From assembly GCF_030144855.1 (NCBI RefSeq), contig NC_082709.1, positions 151,590,001 to 151,654,000 on the forward strand: a stretch of 64,000 bases of DNA, read 5' to 3'. Below, in pieces: positions 1 to 42,266 of the stretch. The notes under the pieces were generated by a model. The model ran no database searches, was not told the DNA's origin, and was given only the letters and a program-made list of their open reading frames with translations. This DNA comes from Hypanus sabinus. Its lineage: Eukaryota. The position numbers were made by a program, and so were the translations under genes. Numbering within the stretch: the stretch's first letter is position 1; each line of letters opens with the position of its first letter.

Positions 1-570
1 GAGGGCTCTGTCGGTCAGAGTTGACCATGGATATTGCATCCTTGCTGTCTAGATATGCAGGGCTGGGCAGTATGCTGTGGAGAGCAAGCTGTTGCCCATG
101 TAGCAAGCTCCCCCTCTTCAAGCATCTGATGAACCCAAAGGAACGGCAAAGACCTACAGTTTGGTACCTGCAGCGTCGTAGGAGTTGCCTGTCGGCGTTG
201 AATTTAATGTAGACTCTCTAAGGGACTCCAGCTCCGGATTTTTCCCTTGGAGGTTTACTTCCGAAGCCTTCCCAAGAGTGGATATAGCTGCAAGGCAGTG
301 GAGATTTGAGATCAGAGTTTTCCTTCTAGGTGAGCTGCCAACCACGGCTAATGAGCCCCATCTGCCCAAACCGGCTGGTTTTAAGGCGCCAGTAACCCGC
401 CTTTGCCCCTTCTGTCAGTAGAAGCAATTCTGCCGAGCTTAGTAGCTATGCCACACATAAAATCCAAGAGCTGGGTTTGGTTGTCTGTCGCAATATGAGG
501 CGCACGCCACTGGGAGCATTTAACAGGTAGTGGGAGCTTGACCCCGTTACCACCCTGGCTATAACAACCT
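1..570 (-). mobile_element. RTE-clade LINE-derived element, 5' region
   Basis: Minus strand carries gaaggaaaactctgatctcaaa, a motif I associate with RTE-clade 5' regions; no intact ORF. Confidence 0.45.
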
Positions 571-574
571 TAAA

Positions 575-1845
575 GGAACAAAAGTATAAAGGAGAATAAA
601 ATAACTGTTACTCTGGATTTGATACAGCAGAAAAAAAACACAGTAAGATAAAGAACTCAGTAATTATAAAAACACAATAAAATATAAATATGTAAGATAG
701 CTTGCATACATATCGCTTGTATGTCTATAAAGTGACGCTATGCTCAGGAGTGTCTGTACATATGGTGACTAATAGGAAATGATAAAGTAGTGGTGGTTGG
801 AGGTGTGGTGGGGCAAGTTAGTGGGTGAAGTTGTTAATCAACCTTACTACTTGAGAAAAGTAACTTTCTGAGTCTGCTGGTCCTGGCATAGATATTACAT
901 ATCCTTCATCCTGACGGGAGTGTGTCTAACAATCCATGAGCAAGGTGGGTGAGATACTTCATGACCTTACTGCCCCTTTTGGGCATCTTCCAGTATATAC
1001 ATCCTTGAAGATGGGTAGGGTAGTGCTGAAGATGTGTTGATGATCCATTGCAGAGCTTTCCTGTCTGCTGCAGATTGTTAGGCTGCTTGTACTGCACACC
1101 TGCTTAATGCCGTGAGTATATTTCGGATGTGCATATCCAGCTCTGTTCAGCCTCCTCAGAAAGTAGAGGCATCGGTGAGCTTTCTTGATTGTGTAGAAAG
1201 TGTTCTGGGACCATGCGAGGTTGTACAATATGTATACTGTCAAGATTTTGAAGCTGTTCGCAGCTTTCACTGCTCTGCTGCCGATGTACAGGGAGGTGTG
1301 ACTGGTGCGAGGTCTTCTGAAGTAGATAACCGTCTTTGTCTTGACATTGAGGAAGAAATTATTTGCCTGGCACCAGGCCTCAAGCTCTTCCACTTCCTGT
1401 CTATAGGCCATCTCAATGATGATGGCGATGAGCCCTACCACTGTGGTATCGTTAGCAAGCTTGACAGTGTGTTTACTTGGGTGTCTGATCTTACAGTGAT
1501 ATGTAAGCAGAGTACACAGGGCTCAGTGCACAGCCCTGAGGGGCACCCATGTGAAGGATGATGGGGAAGGAAGAATGTTGGGTTGTGCATCTTGACTATA
1601 TGAGGTCTGTTAGTTAGGAAGTCCAACGCGCAGTTGCACAGTGGTATATTTAGACTGAAGAGTAGCAGTTTGTTCACCAAGATCTGTGGGACAGTAGTGT
1701 TGAATGCCAAACTGAAATCCAGAAACAGCATTCTGACGTAGGTGTCTTTGTTTTTTAGGTGTGTTAGGGCCAGGTGCATGACAGATGCTATGGCATCTTT
1801 TGTAGAGTGGTCTGTTAGTAAGCAGATTGGTGAGTAATACTGTTT
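575..1845 (-). mobile_element. Rex1/Babar-type LINE, RT 3' part and 3' UTR (decayed)
   Basis: ORF fragments [64 protein letters not shown]. Confidence 0.85.
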
Positions 1846-2717
1846 AGTAACAGAGTATCACTGACTGAACAAAAGATAGTATAGTTCTCTTGGAATGCAA
1901 AAGGTGGAGGTGTGTTTTGTGATAAACTCTCGGTCGTGCTCGAATGTGGTGGTTTTGTCGAACTAGTGGTCCCCCAACCTTGAACACCTTAACGATCAAA
2001 TGCCGTGCATTCTATTTGCCAAGAGAGTTCTCCTCCATAATTCTGACCACAGTTTACATACCACCAGCGGCCGTCTATAATCAAGCGCTTGAGATACTGC
2101 ATCTCCAAACAAGAAACAGTCTATCCAGTCACATTTCAAATCATAGTCGGGGACTTCAACTAGGCTTGTTTGAAGAAAACCCTTCCCACCAGTATATGAC
2201 CTGTAGCACCAGTGGTCCCAACACACTAGACCACTGTAACACTAAGATAAGGATTCCATGCCAGATTGCATTTTGGTTAATTGGATCACTTGGCTGTCCT
2301 TCTGCCTGTACACAGGCAGAGGCTAAAGAGCAAAGTTTCATAGAATAGGACAACAAAGAGCTGGTCGTGGGTGGCAGAGGAGTGGCTTCGGATTGTTTTG
2401 TGTTGTGGACTGGGCCGTGTTTAAGGACCTATCTGTGGATCTGAATGAATACACCATGGTTGTAGTGGACTTTATTAGAACAGTTGTGACGAGTATGTCC
2501 CCACAAAATCATTCAGAGTCTTCCCCAGTCAGAAGCCCTGAATGAATCACGAGATCCTCAGTCGGCTGAGGGCCAGATCTGGTGTGCATTCAAGTCTGAT
2601 GACAAAGAAGGTTACAAGAATTTATGGTACGATCTCCAGAAAGCCAACTCACAGGCGAAGTGGAATTTCCAAACTAAATGAATCAACAAAGGATGCTGGA
2701 TAGTTGTGGCAGGGCTT

Positions 2718-2818
2718 CACTTATAAAGTTAATTCAAGCGACATGGGTGACAACAGGGCTTCAATGCTATCACTTATAAAGTTAATTCAAGTGACATGGG
2801 TGACAGCAGGGCTTCAAT
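2718..2818. repeat. About 53-bp tandem duplication inside the Rex1 copy
   Basis: cacttataaagttaattcaag(c/t)gacatgggtgaca(a/g)cagggcttcaat occurs twice in tandem. Confidence 0.85.
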
Positions 2819-3720
2819 TTCAGATGAGTTCAATGCCTTCTATGCTCACTTTGATCATCAACGCATGGAGGAACCATCATGAACTCCTACATCCCTTCAT
2901 GATCCTGTGATTTCAGTCTTTGAGGCCGATGTGTAAGCAGCTTTCAAGAAGGTAAACCCACAACGAGGTACCTGGCCTTATGCTGATCAACTGTCTGGAG
3001 TGTTCACTGAGATCTGTCATCTCTCACTTCAGCGGTCTGGGTTACCTACCTGTTTCACACAGGCTTCAATTATACCGGTGCCCAAGAAGAGTGTGGGGAC
3101 TTGCCTCAATGACAATCGCCCAGTAGTGCTTACATCCACAGAGGATGTGAGGTTGGTGATAAACATATCACTCCTGACTGAGAAGTGACTTGGATCCATT
3201 CCAATGTCTACTGGAGCAACAAGTCCATAGCAAATGCCATTTCATTGGCTTTTCCCTCAACCCTGGAACATCTGAACAGCAAAGAATCATACATCAGGTG
3301 CTCTTTATCAACTACAGCTCAGCATTCAATGCTATCATCCTCAAAACTAATCAATAAGCTTCAAGAACTTGGCCTTAATATCCCTTTGAGCATTTCTATC
3401 CTCGATTTCTTTACTTGCAGACTCCAGTCTGGTCGGATTGGCAACAACATCTCCATGATCTTCATCAGCATAGCTGCACCGCAAGACTGTGTGCTTACTG
3501 CCTTGCTCGACACGCTTTACACTTTTGACTGCGTGGCTAAGCACAGCTCCAATGCCATATTCAAGTTTGTTGACAACTGTTGTAAGCCGAATCAAAAGAG
3601 ATGAATGAGCATATAGGAGGGAGATTGAAAATCTGACTGAGTGGTGTCAGAATAACAACCTCTTAATGTCAGCAAGACCAAGGAGCTGATTATTCACTTC
3701 AGGAAGAGGAAACCAGACAT

Positions 3721-4378
3721 CTATATTGTTAAGAAGGCATATGCTGTGTTGACCTTCATCAACTGTGGAACTGAGTTCAAGAGCTGTGAAGTAATGTTAC
3801 AGCCATATAAGATGTTGGTTAGACCCCACTTGAAGTACTGGGTTCAGTTCTGGTCACCTCACCACAGGAAGGATGTAGATACTATAAAGAAGGCGCAGAG
3901 CAGATTTACAAGGGTGTTACCTGGATTGAGAATAGGTATTCTCATGTTTTATGAGAATAGGTTGAGTGAACTTGGTCTTTTCTCCTTGGAGTGACAGAGG
4001 ATGAGAGGTGTATAAGATGATGAGAGGCATTGATAGTTTGGATAGCCAGAGGCTTTTTCCCAGGGCTGAAATGGCTAACACAAGAGGGCATAGTTTTAAG
4101 GTGCTTGAAAGTAGGAACAAGGGGGATACCAGAAGTAAGTTTTTCACACGGAGTGGTGGGTGTGTAGAATGCACTGCCAATGACATTGGTAGAGGCAGAT
4201 ACAATAGGGTCTTTTAATTAAGAGACTATTGGATATGTATATGGAACTTTAAAAAAATAAGAGGGCTATGGTGTAGGGAAATTCTAGGCAGTTTCTAGAG
4301 CAGATTACATGGTCAGCACAACATTGTGGGTTGAAGCGTCTGTAACGTTCTGTAGATTTCTATGTTCTGTATTCTATG
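3721..4378 (+). mobile_element. CR1 LINE 3' fragment nested in Rex1
   Basis: YKMLVRPHLKYWVQFWSPHHRKDV and LFPRAEMANTRGHSFKV are CR1 RT C-terminal motifs; ends in a tctatgttct repeat tail. Confidence 0.85.
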
Positions 4379-5810
4379 TGCCAGTCTTCATTGGAGGATC
4401 AGAGGTGGAGAAGGTCAGCAACTATAAATTCTTTGGTGTTATTATTTCAGTGGACCTGTCCTCAGCCTAGCACATAAGTGCAATTATGAAGAAAGCATGG
4501 CAGTGCTTCTGCTTCCTTAGCATCTTGCAGATATTCAGCATGACATTGAAAGTTTTGATGCTTCTATAGATGTGTAGTGGAGAGTATATTGACTGAATGC
4601 AAGATAGCCTGGTATCAAAACCAGTGCCCTAGAATAGAAGTATCCTATAAAAATAGTGAATACAGGCCAGTCTGTCACTGGTAAGGTCTCCTCCACCATT
4701 GAGCACGTATACGTGAAATGCTGTTGCAGAAAAGCAGCATCCCGTCATCAGGGACCCCCACAAGCCATGACACGCTCTCTTCTCCCGGCTGCCATAATGA
4801 AGAAGGTACAAGAGCCTCAGGACTTACATCACCAGGTTCTGGAACATTTATTACCCCTCAGCCATCAGGCTCTTATGGGCGAAATGTCCTTATTCTGCTC
4901 CTATGTCTCTTGGTCTTATGGTTATGGGGAGTGGGCTGATGAGGAGGGACAAACAGGGATCAGCCATGATTGATTGGCAGAGCAAACTCACTGTACCAAA
5001 TGGCCTCATTCTGTTCCTATGTCTTTTGGTCTTCGGTCTCTTAAACCAAAAGGATAACTTTGCTCAACTTCACTTGCCCTATCAATGAAATATTCTCACA
5101 ACCAAGGACTCTTCATCTCATGTTCTTGATACTTATGGCTTAATTATCATTATTATTGTTATTTTTTTTGTATTTGCATAGTTGTTGTCTTCTGCAAGTT
5201 AGGCAGACTTTTATTGATTCTGTTATAGTTATTTTTCTATAAATTTATTAGGTGTGCCCACAATAAAAATAAATCTCAGGGTTGTACATGGTGATATACA
5301 TGTACTTGGATATTAATTTACTTTGAACTTTGAATAAAAGCTCATTGTTGCATTCCTACATACTGGCACTCTCTAATGTAGGAAAAGCAGCATTTGATGG
5401 TTGTATGAAGTGCAGTGAGTGTATTTTTTTATGCGTTCTGGAAATAAAGGATATTTTACTTTATTGTACTTGTGTCTTGTATAGATCCCAGCAAATTTAT
5501 TTCTGCCATAAGTCATTAGTGAATGAATGATGAAATGTTGGAATCCCTACCACCAAGGGAAAAATATTTTGACCATCTGCCCCATCTATGCCATATGTTG
5601 ATGATTTACCCGATTCAGCAGCAGCCTTACAGGAGTTTTCCTCAGTGCCATGTCAAGCTACTGGGAAGACATGGTAGCTGACGGATCAACAAATTAACAA
5701 GATTGAAGGGAATTTGTTATCTCAATACTAATTGAGCTGTTTCTTTATTGTAGAAGACGAAACATTTTCGGCAGACTACACTGGTGCTTAACTGTCAGCT
5801 GGTCCATGCC

Positions 5811-34750
<28,940 letters not shown>

Positions 34751-35520
34751 GCAGCCTAAAATAGGATGGGAGGGATCGGGGAAAAGGATTTAAAGAAATT
34801 ATTTTGATACTGTTTCTATTTTTCATGCAGTGTTTAAATATTTAAAATATTTTATATTTTGTATACATGGATATTTTTAAGAGCTATTCTTTGCATATGC
34901 CAGTTGTATTTTTGTCTACTTAGCAACTTCACGCTAAGTGTGTGCTTTGCTCCATATGACAAGTGCCATTTATAATCGCAATAATCAAAGTGTATTGATC
35001 AGAGGAATAAAGGATAATATGAGAAATCTATTCTTTTATGTTGTCACCTTGAGGTCATTTTAAGCTATTACTGTCTAAACATGTGAATGGAACTTGTGTT
35101 CATAGTAAATGATTACATTTATTGATGTTCAAATATGAACTTGTTTAATATATAGGGGTTTACAATGGTGTCTGTGAATAAAATACATTCTTCAGTTATT
35201 GTTTACATGATACCACCTCTTCAAAGACAAATGTATCAATAAATATGAACATTCCCAATTTGCCTTCTGTATCCATTAAATGGTTGGATTTTTTTTGCTG
35301 GTAATGAATGCAAAAGGGGTAAAATGCTTGCATTATGTAATGCTGCTAGTTTTAATATTAAATATTTTTGAAAATAAATAACTAAACCAGACAAATTAAT
35401 TCTCTCCTGCTGGATTCTCCAGTCGAGCCTCCATTTGAAGATGAATTGCACTTCTCCATAAGATGTGGTAAAGCAAGATGGAGTTAAAATTTGTTTCTAA
35501 AGCTGCCAATAAAGAGCAGA
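34751..35520 (+). other. TMEM39A: Probable TMEM39A 3' UTR with several AATAAA signals
   Basis: AT-rich and repeat-free after the stop. AATAAA at 35006 and 35177, with further copies up to about 35510. The site actually used cannot be determined. Confidence 0.55.
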
Positions 35521-35879
35521 TAAAATAAGATCTAAATTCCATTCATGTTATAGGCTTTTGCCAGTGTAACCGTGTTTAAAAGTTGAAAAATAATTGAGCA
35601 TTGCTTTAGAGAATTTATGAAATGGACAATAGAAATCTTTAACACATGGATAAGATAACACATTTCTTTACCTTTTTATAGATAAATACTATTTTTGATA
35701 AACTTTAAAATTAAACAATGCTGGATACAGTGAAACAATTAAAATTTTGGTTAATTACTTTTGAACAAAGTTAAGCTTGAATGTAAAACACGTTTGTTAA
35801 TTGGTTTATTATTGTCACATGTACTGTGGAAAATCTTTGTTGTGCATTCATACAGATATATCTGCAACATGACTTCCTT

Positions 35880-37090
35880 ACCATTCTGTTCAGCCTCCTA
35901 CCAATGTAGGCAGGCATGCCATATGCTACCTTTACCACCTTAGCTACTTTCAGTGAACTGTGAACTTGGCCCCTAAGATCATGCTATACCTCAATGCTAT
36001 TAATGGGTCTACCGTTGACTCTGTACTTTCTTCTTTTATTTGACTTCCCAAAGTGCCACACCTTACACTTGCCTGGATTAAACTCCCATCTGCTCTTTTT
36101 CTGCTCATATCTGTGATTGGTCTTTTACACTGTTCATAATTCCACTAATTTTGGTGTCATCTGCAAATTTGTTAATCCACACATATTTCCATTCAAATCA
36201 TTGATGTACAGTATATTACAAAGCAGAGGTTCCATCATTGATCTTTAAGGAATACCACTGCTCATGGATCTCCAGCCAGAATAACTGCCTTCCACCCCCT
36301 ACTCTTTGTCTTCAATGAGCAAACCAGTTCCAACTCCAAACTTATCAAATGTCTTACTTTAGTCCATATAATCCATCCAATGCCTTACCCTCATTGAGGT
36401 CTTTTGTCACTTCCTCACAAAAACTTGATTGAGTTTGTAAGACATGACCTTCCCTGCACAAAGCCATGCTGGCTGGCTTTACAAGCAGGCTGTGCCTTTC
36501 CAAATGAGCATAAATCCCACCTCTCAATATCCCCACCACCAATGGGTTTCACTGGTCTATAATAACCTGGATTATCCTAATTTCCTTTCTTGAACAAAGG
36601 CACAATATTTACTAATCTCCAGTCCTCTGGGACTTCGCCTCTCCCAATGTTCTGTGATAAATGCCCATCAGGCCCTCGGGATCGGTCCTCGACATTTTTC
36701 AGAAGAACCACCACTTTAGAATCCTAGAGTAAAATAGCACAGGAGCAGGCCCTATGACCTACTGATCTGGACTGACTGTAGCACTCTCCCTGCTATTTCC
36801 AGATACCAACAGTATGCAAAGGGGGTACACACATTAGTGAGGAGAATGGCTACAGGGAAATCCTGCTCTCTCTCTGCTCCTTACTACTTGTCTATCTGTG
36901 ACCACCTCAGTAAAACTCTCATCTATGATATCCTCATAATCCTGAGCACGTCCAGCTGTAGTTCCTTCATTTGGTCTGTCAGGAGCTGCAGCTGGGTGCA
37001 CTTCTCATAAATGTAGTTGATAGGGAGACCAGGGGGTTCCCAGACTTCCCACATCTTGTAGGAGGAGTATTTACTGCCCTGACTGCCATT
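35880..37090 (-). mobile_element. Old CR1 LINE fragments
   Basis: ttggtgtcatctgcaaatt (antisense KFADDTK), catgaccttccctgcacaaagccatgctg, and an ORF1-like gtgcacttct...ttcccacat segment. Confidence 0.7.
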
Positions 37091-37539
37091 TTATCGACTT
37101 AAGGTCTACCATTTTACAAGGAAAGAAAATCCTTACCAGATTCTTACCTGCTCCTCTTTGTGAGTTTTATTTACTTAAGGTTTGTGGCCATATCCCTTGT
37201 GAATAATGAAGACTTCACCTAAACTAACAATAGGGTGCTGGTCCTCAATTTTCTGTTAGGTTCATTGGAGCAGTGTAGGTTACTGAGAATACATCTCAGC
37301 TGAGCGTTTGACGTACAACTGGAAGCTTAAATTCAAATTAATTGACTAAATTGAAGTATTCCACAGATGTAACAACTCAAATCTGTATTTGATTTCCTTT
37401 GTCCTTCTAGGGAGAAAGGAATGTTGTAAAGTGCAAGAAAATCTCGTGGAAAAAACACATGGGGCCCTAGACCTTGGGAATAAAGGATGTAAAATTCCAG
37501 CAATTGTATAATTTTTGCTTGATAGGAAAGGAATGCTGC

Positions 37540-38330
37540 TGATTTTATACATGGACGAAGTCTGAAGGAAACTATCTCTAAATCACTGGAAGTGGAAGGA
37601 AGATTAAGATGTATTTAGTGGAGTCGGGGGAACAGAGGGGAACCTTTATGTGTTTCTGGGACAGAGGTGTGTAAGGAGGGATGGAAAAAGTATGAAGTGT
37701 AACAGTCATAGATGTGATCCCTTTCTGGTATGACTGTAAAAAGAAAGGTAGAGTGGTGGTGAAATCCTTGGTTGTGGGAAAAGGACTCTGTGTATGGGAA
37801 GCATTGGTTATGGAAGATGAGAAAGATCAGATTGTCTAATCAGATGCAGTGGAGACAGAAATTGGGAGAATGAAATTAACTCGTCGTTGGAAGATGAATG
37901 TATTTTGAATACCGCTTGTTCACTGAAATGAAGTTGAGGAAGAGATATCAGAGAGACCTAGTGATGATTAAATTGATGGAGAAGTTAATTTTAAAAATAT
38001 CGAGATTTGCTTGAGAGAAGGAATGCTACTTTAATCATGATATCCTGACAAAAGTAAGAATAGATCTTATAGAAGTATGGTATTTAAAAAGATGATTAAG
38101 ATAATGAATTCCTAGAGCATCATTGTTTATTTAGAAAACAGATGTAGAGTCAATAAGAGAGAGGAGTTGGTTTCATTCCATTCAAGAAACCAGTGAAGGA
38201 CTTGATAAAGCTGTCCTGGAGATTTGAGATGTAGGGTTGGGCAAGTCCAATGAAAATGAGACAATTATGTCCAGGAAAACTGAATACCATTCTAAAAACT
38301 GAGGAGGCATATTTGAAATATTGAGTCCAT
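37540..38330 (-). mobile_element. Very old Penelope-like RT remnant
   Basis: Purine-rich tract with aggaagagatatcagagagacc and aaattgatggagaagttaat, resembling antisense PLE RT motifs. Confidence 0.35.
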
Positions 38331-39429
38331 AGAGGCTCTATGTAAAAACAATCCAGCTAGTTCCAATCTTTTGTCACCCTGTAAATTTATTAGCTGTGTA
38401 TCTAGCTTTTATTTGATTCAATCACTACCAGTCCTAGACCTACATTCTCCTCCTAAACCACGCACTGCAATAAAAAACACGTTGTTTTATTTAAGTCATT
38501 TTGGGGGAGGCAAAGATGGAAATGGGAAGAGACCTTGTCCAGGCTCTAGAATTCTCACTCTTGCCCTTTCTTCCTGTGTTTTGAAAGAGCGGGCTATTCC
38601 TGGGTTAAAAATATCCAAGCTTACAGACACCCGTACCCACATACCTATGAATGGTAGAACTTGTTTTGTCTGTCCACTTTTTACTAATTGTTTACAATTA
38701 CACTTTCTAAGCCATTCATACTGTAGAAGTATGGTTCCATATTGAATGACTTTTGTTTATTTTTTGATTTAAAGACCAAATCAACTTGCATGTAAAAACA
38801 AAGCCCATTCATTAACTGGGGATGGCCTTTATGCAAAATGAAACTCAAACATTATAGTTCCCCTCCTTCCTGTAGTATAACTAAGGAATGTGGTAATGTT
38901 CTTAATACAGTTTATTACAGAAGAGGAAAACAATACTGCTTGCTGTAGGTAGAGAGGAAGTAAAATCAGTGAATTGGATAAGAATGGAAAGGGAGGATGT
39001 CTAAATGGGATCAGAAATTTGAGCAAACAAAATATATTTTAAGAAGTTAAGAGAAGGGAGGGAAATGAATGCTCTGATAGTTGATTTCTAATTCTCCCTG
39101 GCTACAGGAGTCATGGTACATTCCACTGAGGTTTAAAATGGGAAGAAAGAATAAATTGATCAATTACAAGTCTATTAGCTTGACTGAAATTTTTGTTGAG
39201 ATGAGGGAAGAGTTTACATGAATGTTAAAGCTTTTTGCTGATTCCAACATTAGCCTATATAAAAAGCCTATATAATTCAAGGGAGACTGGAAAATCTGAA
39301 ATAGCTTCAGTAGTAGAAAGCAAAGCTGACGGGTGTTTTTACACATGCAAGACTAAATCATTTAATACTTGGTCCCTTTCTGTTTGTAGCACAAATGGTT
39401 TTAACTTGAATAGAATATAGGGGTGATTA

Positions 39430-40185
39430 TATGGAACTCTGCAGATGGTTTGGTCAGTTAAATTCCGTTCAGTGAAATGAGGTTGGGCATTTGGTATGGT
39501 TTAGCAAGACAAGGAAAGGAAGTTTACTGAAAGGGATAGAGGAACTGAAGGTCCTTGAATATAAGAGCAGTGATCTTTAAAGCAGAAGAAGTCAAAAGCA
39601 TGTTTAAAATGCATATGGAATTCTTAATTAGCTGAGGCATAGTATGCAAGAGTGGTTAAATTTTGTTCAATCTATACACACCATTGGATAGGCTACGGCT
39701 TGGATATCATATGCAGTTCTGATCATTACACCGCATGAAGGATGTAACTACCAGGCAGACATCAGAATCAGGTTTAATAGCCAACATTTGTCATGAAATT
39801 TGTTAACTTAGTGGCAGCAGTACAATGTGATACATGATAATATAGAAAAAATAAATCAATTACAGTAAGTATATTAAATAGTTAAATTAAAAATGGTGCA
39901 AAAACAGAAATATTAACAGAAACAGGGTGTGTTCATGAGTTCAATGTCCACTTCAGAATTAAATGGCAGAGGAGAAGAAACTGTTCCTGAATTGCTGTGT
40001 GTGCACCCTTGGGCATCTGTACCTCCTTCCCAACGGTGACAGTGAGAAGCAGGCGTGTCCTGGGCGATGAGGGTCCTTAATGATGGGCGCTGCCTTTCTG
40101 AGGCACCGCTCCTTGAAGATGTCTTGGATATACAGAGGTTAGTATCCAAGATGGACGTGACTAATTTTACAAATTTCTGTAGCTA
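39430..40185. mobile_element. CR1 fragment (+, about 39430-39750) followed by a Rex1 3' end (-, about 39760-40185)
   Basis: ttggatatcatatgcagttctgatcatt (CR1); tcagaatcaggtttaat tail and SHCHRWEGGTDA..NSGTVSSP frame (Rex1). Confidence 0.65.
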
Positions 40186-40783
40186 CAGAAGGGAAAATTG
40201 AAAGAAGATGTTGCTTGAACTGGAAAATGGTAGCCACAAGGAAAAAAATAGTCTGAAGGATGTTTGGAACGAAGGTGCTGAAGGGAGGTTTAACTGAGGA
40301 TAATACAGTATAAAGGAAAGCAGGGCCAAAGACACCAATATGACAGTATTTCCCATGGATGTCAAAAGCCAAGAGGCATAGACTTAAAGTACTTGTTGTA
40401 AAGATGAAAAATGTTTTCATCAAATGGTGACAGGTATCGAGATCTTATTTTCTGAAAGAGTGATTAGGGCATTATTTGAAGAACACATGGATGAAGTGCT
40501 AAAGTATAGGTTGAGACTGTATTGCTTCTTTTGACCAGCGCAGTTGCAAGCTGTGTTGTAAATTTTTACTAATTCTAAGATCAGCTGTATCAATGTTTCT
40601 ATTCTGCTCTTTTATCTTACTTCCATATGAACTTTCAGTATTATTCACTGAATAATACTGAATTTAAAACTGAACTGTTAGTAGTCTAAATGAAACATAC
40701 TATTGATGAATAAACAATTGTGATCATGCATACCAAACAATTGAAAAAGAAAAAATTGAAAACAATTGATACTGAAAAAGTTT

Positions 40784-41437
40784 TGTAACTCCCTGGGTCG
40801 CCTCAGGCTCGCTCAGCTCGTTCTCGTCTAGGGGGAGCAGCCTTCGGCCCCCTAACTGGGTAATCAGCTGGTGTGGATGCTGTGTGATGTCCCCGCCTCG
40901 CCCAAAACCAGACAGTACACCATATGCGATTAAATGAGTACAATTTATAAAGGTTACTATAACTAAGTGATTAATAACGATACAGTATATATGAAGAGAA
41001 AATTAAAGAAAAGGCGCCAAACTTATCAAAGTCCAAACCACTTCGTACACAACTGTTGGAGCTCAATTACTGAAGTCTTCTGGCCACCATTCGATCCCCT
41101 CCGAACTCCTCGACTCGCAGCTCAGGACCCTCCGAACTCCTCGACTCGCAGCTCAGGACCCTCCGAGTGGTCAACCAAGCACATCTCACTTCATCCCCCC
41201 CCCCCCTCGGAGAATCTCCCGGCCTCGGACCCCCCTTTGGGGTCCGATCCTCGCCCAGCTTAGAGCATTGCGTCCTCTCTCTCGACCCCCTCGCGCCGAT
41301 CTGCCCAAAAGCCCGTCAACAAAAGCTTACAGACTCAGAAGAAAGAACATTAATCCCCATTTGGTTTACAAAGGAATACCATTCTCGTTATCAGTAAATT
41401 AGCATTCCTGCTAGTTAACAAAAGGAAACCCTTTACA
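40784..41437 (-). repeat. 3' LTR (654 bp)
   Basis: tgtaactccctggg...ccctttaca; immediately follows the PPT on the minus strand. Confidence 0.95.
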
Positions 41438-41450
41438 CACTTCCTCCACC
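41438..41450 (-). promoter_or_regulatory. Polypurine tract
   Basis: Minus strand GGTGGAGGAAGTG directly abutting the 3' LTR. Confidence 0.8.
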
Positions 41451-41877
41451 AAATAAAAGTCATGTCCTAATGACTACTAAATAACTCGCCACCTTTCCTG
41501 CCAACACACCGTAACCCAAGCACAAACAGTGACATCTCCTCCCCACACAGTAACCCTCACGCCCTGTTCCTCAGGCGCTACTTAGGCCAACTATCTGGGA
41601 GTTCCCTAACCCTTCTGAGGCCTCCGTACCCCCTCACCTAAACCCTTCAGGCTCGGACACAACTGGGGATACCTTGGGCCCACTACCAACTCCTCTCTCA
41701 ACCTCTCACTCATGCCCCACACTGCACACAGCTAACCCTCCCCGCTACACCTGACTCAATGGGAGAAGGGCCAAAGGTCTCTTCCTCAATCGAGGGAAAG
41801 TCAGCAAAAGGCAGCATGTATCACACATCCAGCACATCATCCATCGAATCTGTATTCTTCCTCATTCCTGTGATCGG

Positions 41878-42246
41878 TAGCTGCTGTTTGATCTTCTCCA
41901 AACGGAAACACGTGGCCTGCACTGCTCCCGCAGTCTCTTCAGCCTCCTGTTCAGTATTCACTGCACTTCTCTCCAGCTTTTTCTTCCTCATGACTTCTTC
42001 CAGATCAACTTTCAGGTTTTGCACTTCATTTGAACTGTCGATGGTCATCTTCAGGTTCCCTTCAAGCTTCCGCTTCTCTCTTCTGAGATTCGTCTGTAAT
42101 TTCTTCACCTCTGCAAACTCCCCTCTCCGGGTTCTCAGTTTGCTATTACCCTCAGTCAGACAACTTTCTTCATTCTCTCCAACTTGTAAGTCTTCCGAAT
42201 GGTTCCAGATCACTTTCTCCAGTCTCTCCGTCTTCATATCAAACTT
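41878..42246 (-). pseudogene. Captured sarcomeric myosin heavy-chain rod fragments (MYH16-like) inside the LTR element
   Basis: [20 protein letters not shown]...[50 protein letters not shown] and [24 protein letters not shown] align by eye with myosin II rod motifs DDLQAEEDKVNxLTKxxxKL...EKKLRxDLERAKRKLEGDLK and LQEAEExxEAVxAKCxSLEKTKQRL. Confidence 0.8.
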
Positions 42247-42266
42247 GATTCCGTAGAGACAGTCAC

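Larger units (their letters stand above)
1890..5335 (+). mobile_element. Rex1/Babar-type LINE (endonuclease + RT, decayed), interrupted by a CR1 insertion
   Basis: IKCRAFYLPREFSSIILTTVYIPP (endonuclease), PTCFTQASIIPVPKK..CLNDNRPV and YTFDCVAKHSSNAIFKFVD (RT). Sequence resumes at about 4379 after the CR1; tail ...aatttactttgaacttt near 5330. Confidence 0.85.

Noticed and set aside
330-570. Possible self-cleaving ribozyme (twister or HDV-like) at the 5' end of the RTE-like element
   Set aside because: RTE elements can carry such ribozymes, but I could not assemble the required paired regions or conserved cores from this decayed copy. It needs a covariance-model search on the family consensus.
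41759-42256. 165-aa + strand ORF rich in Ser/Phe
   Set aside because: It is the antisense shadow of the Glu/Lys-rich myosin-like frame; no independent coding signal.
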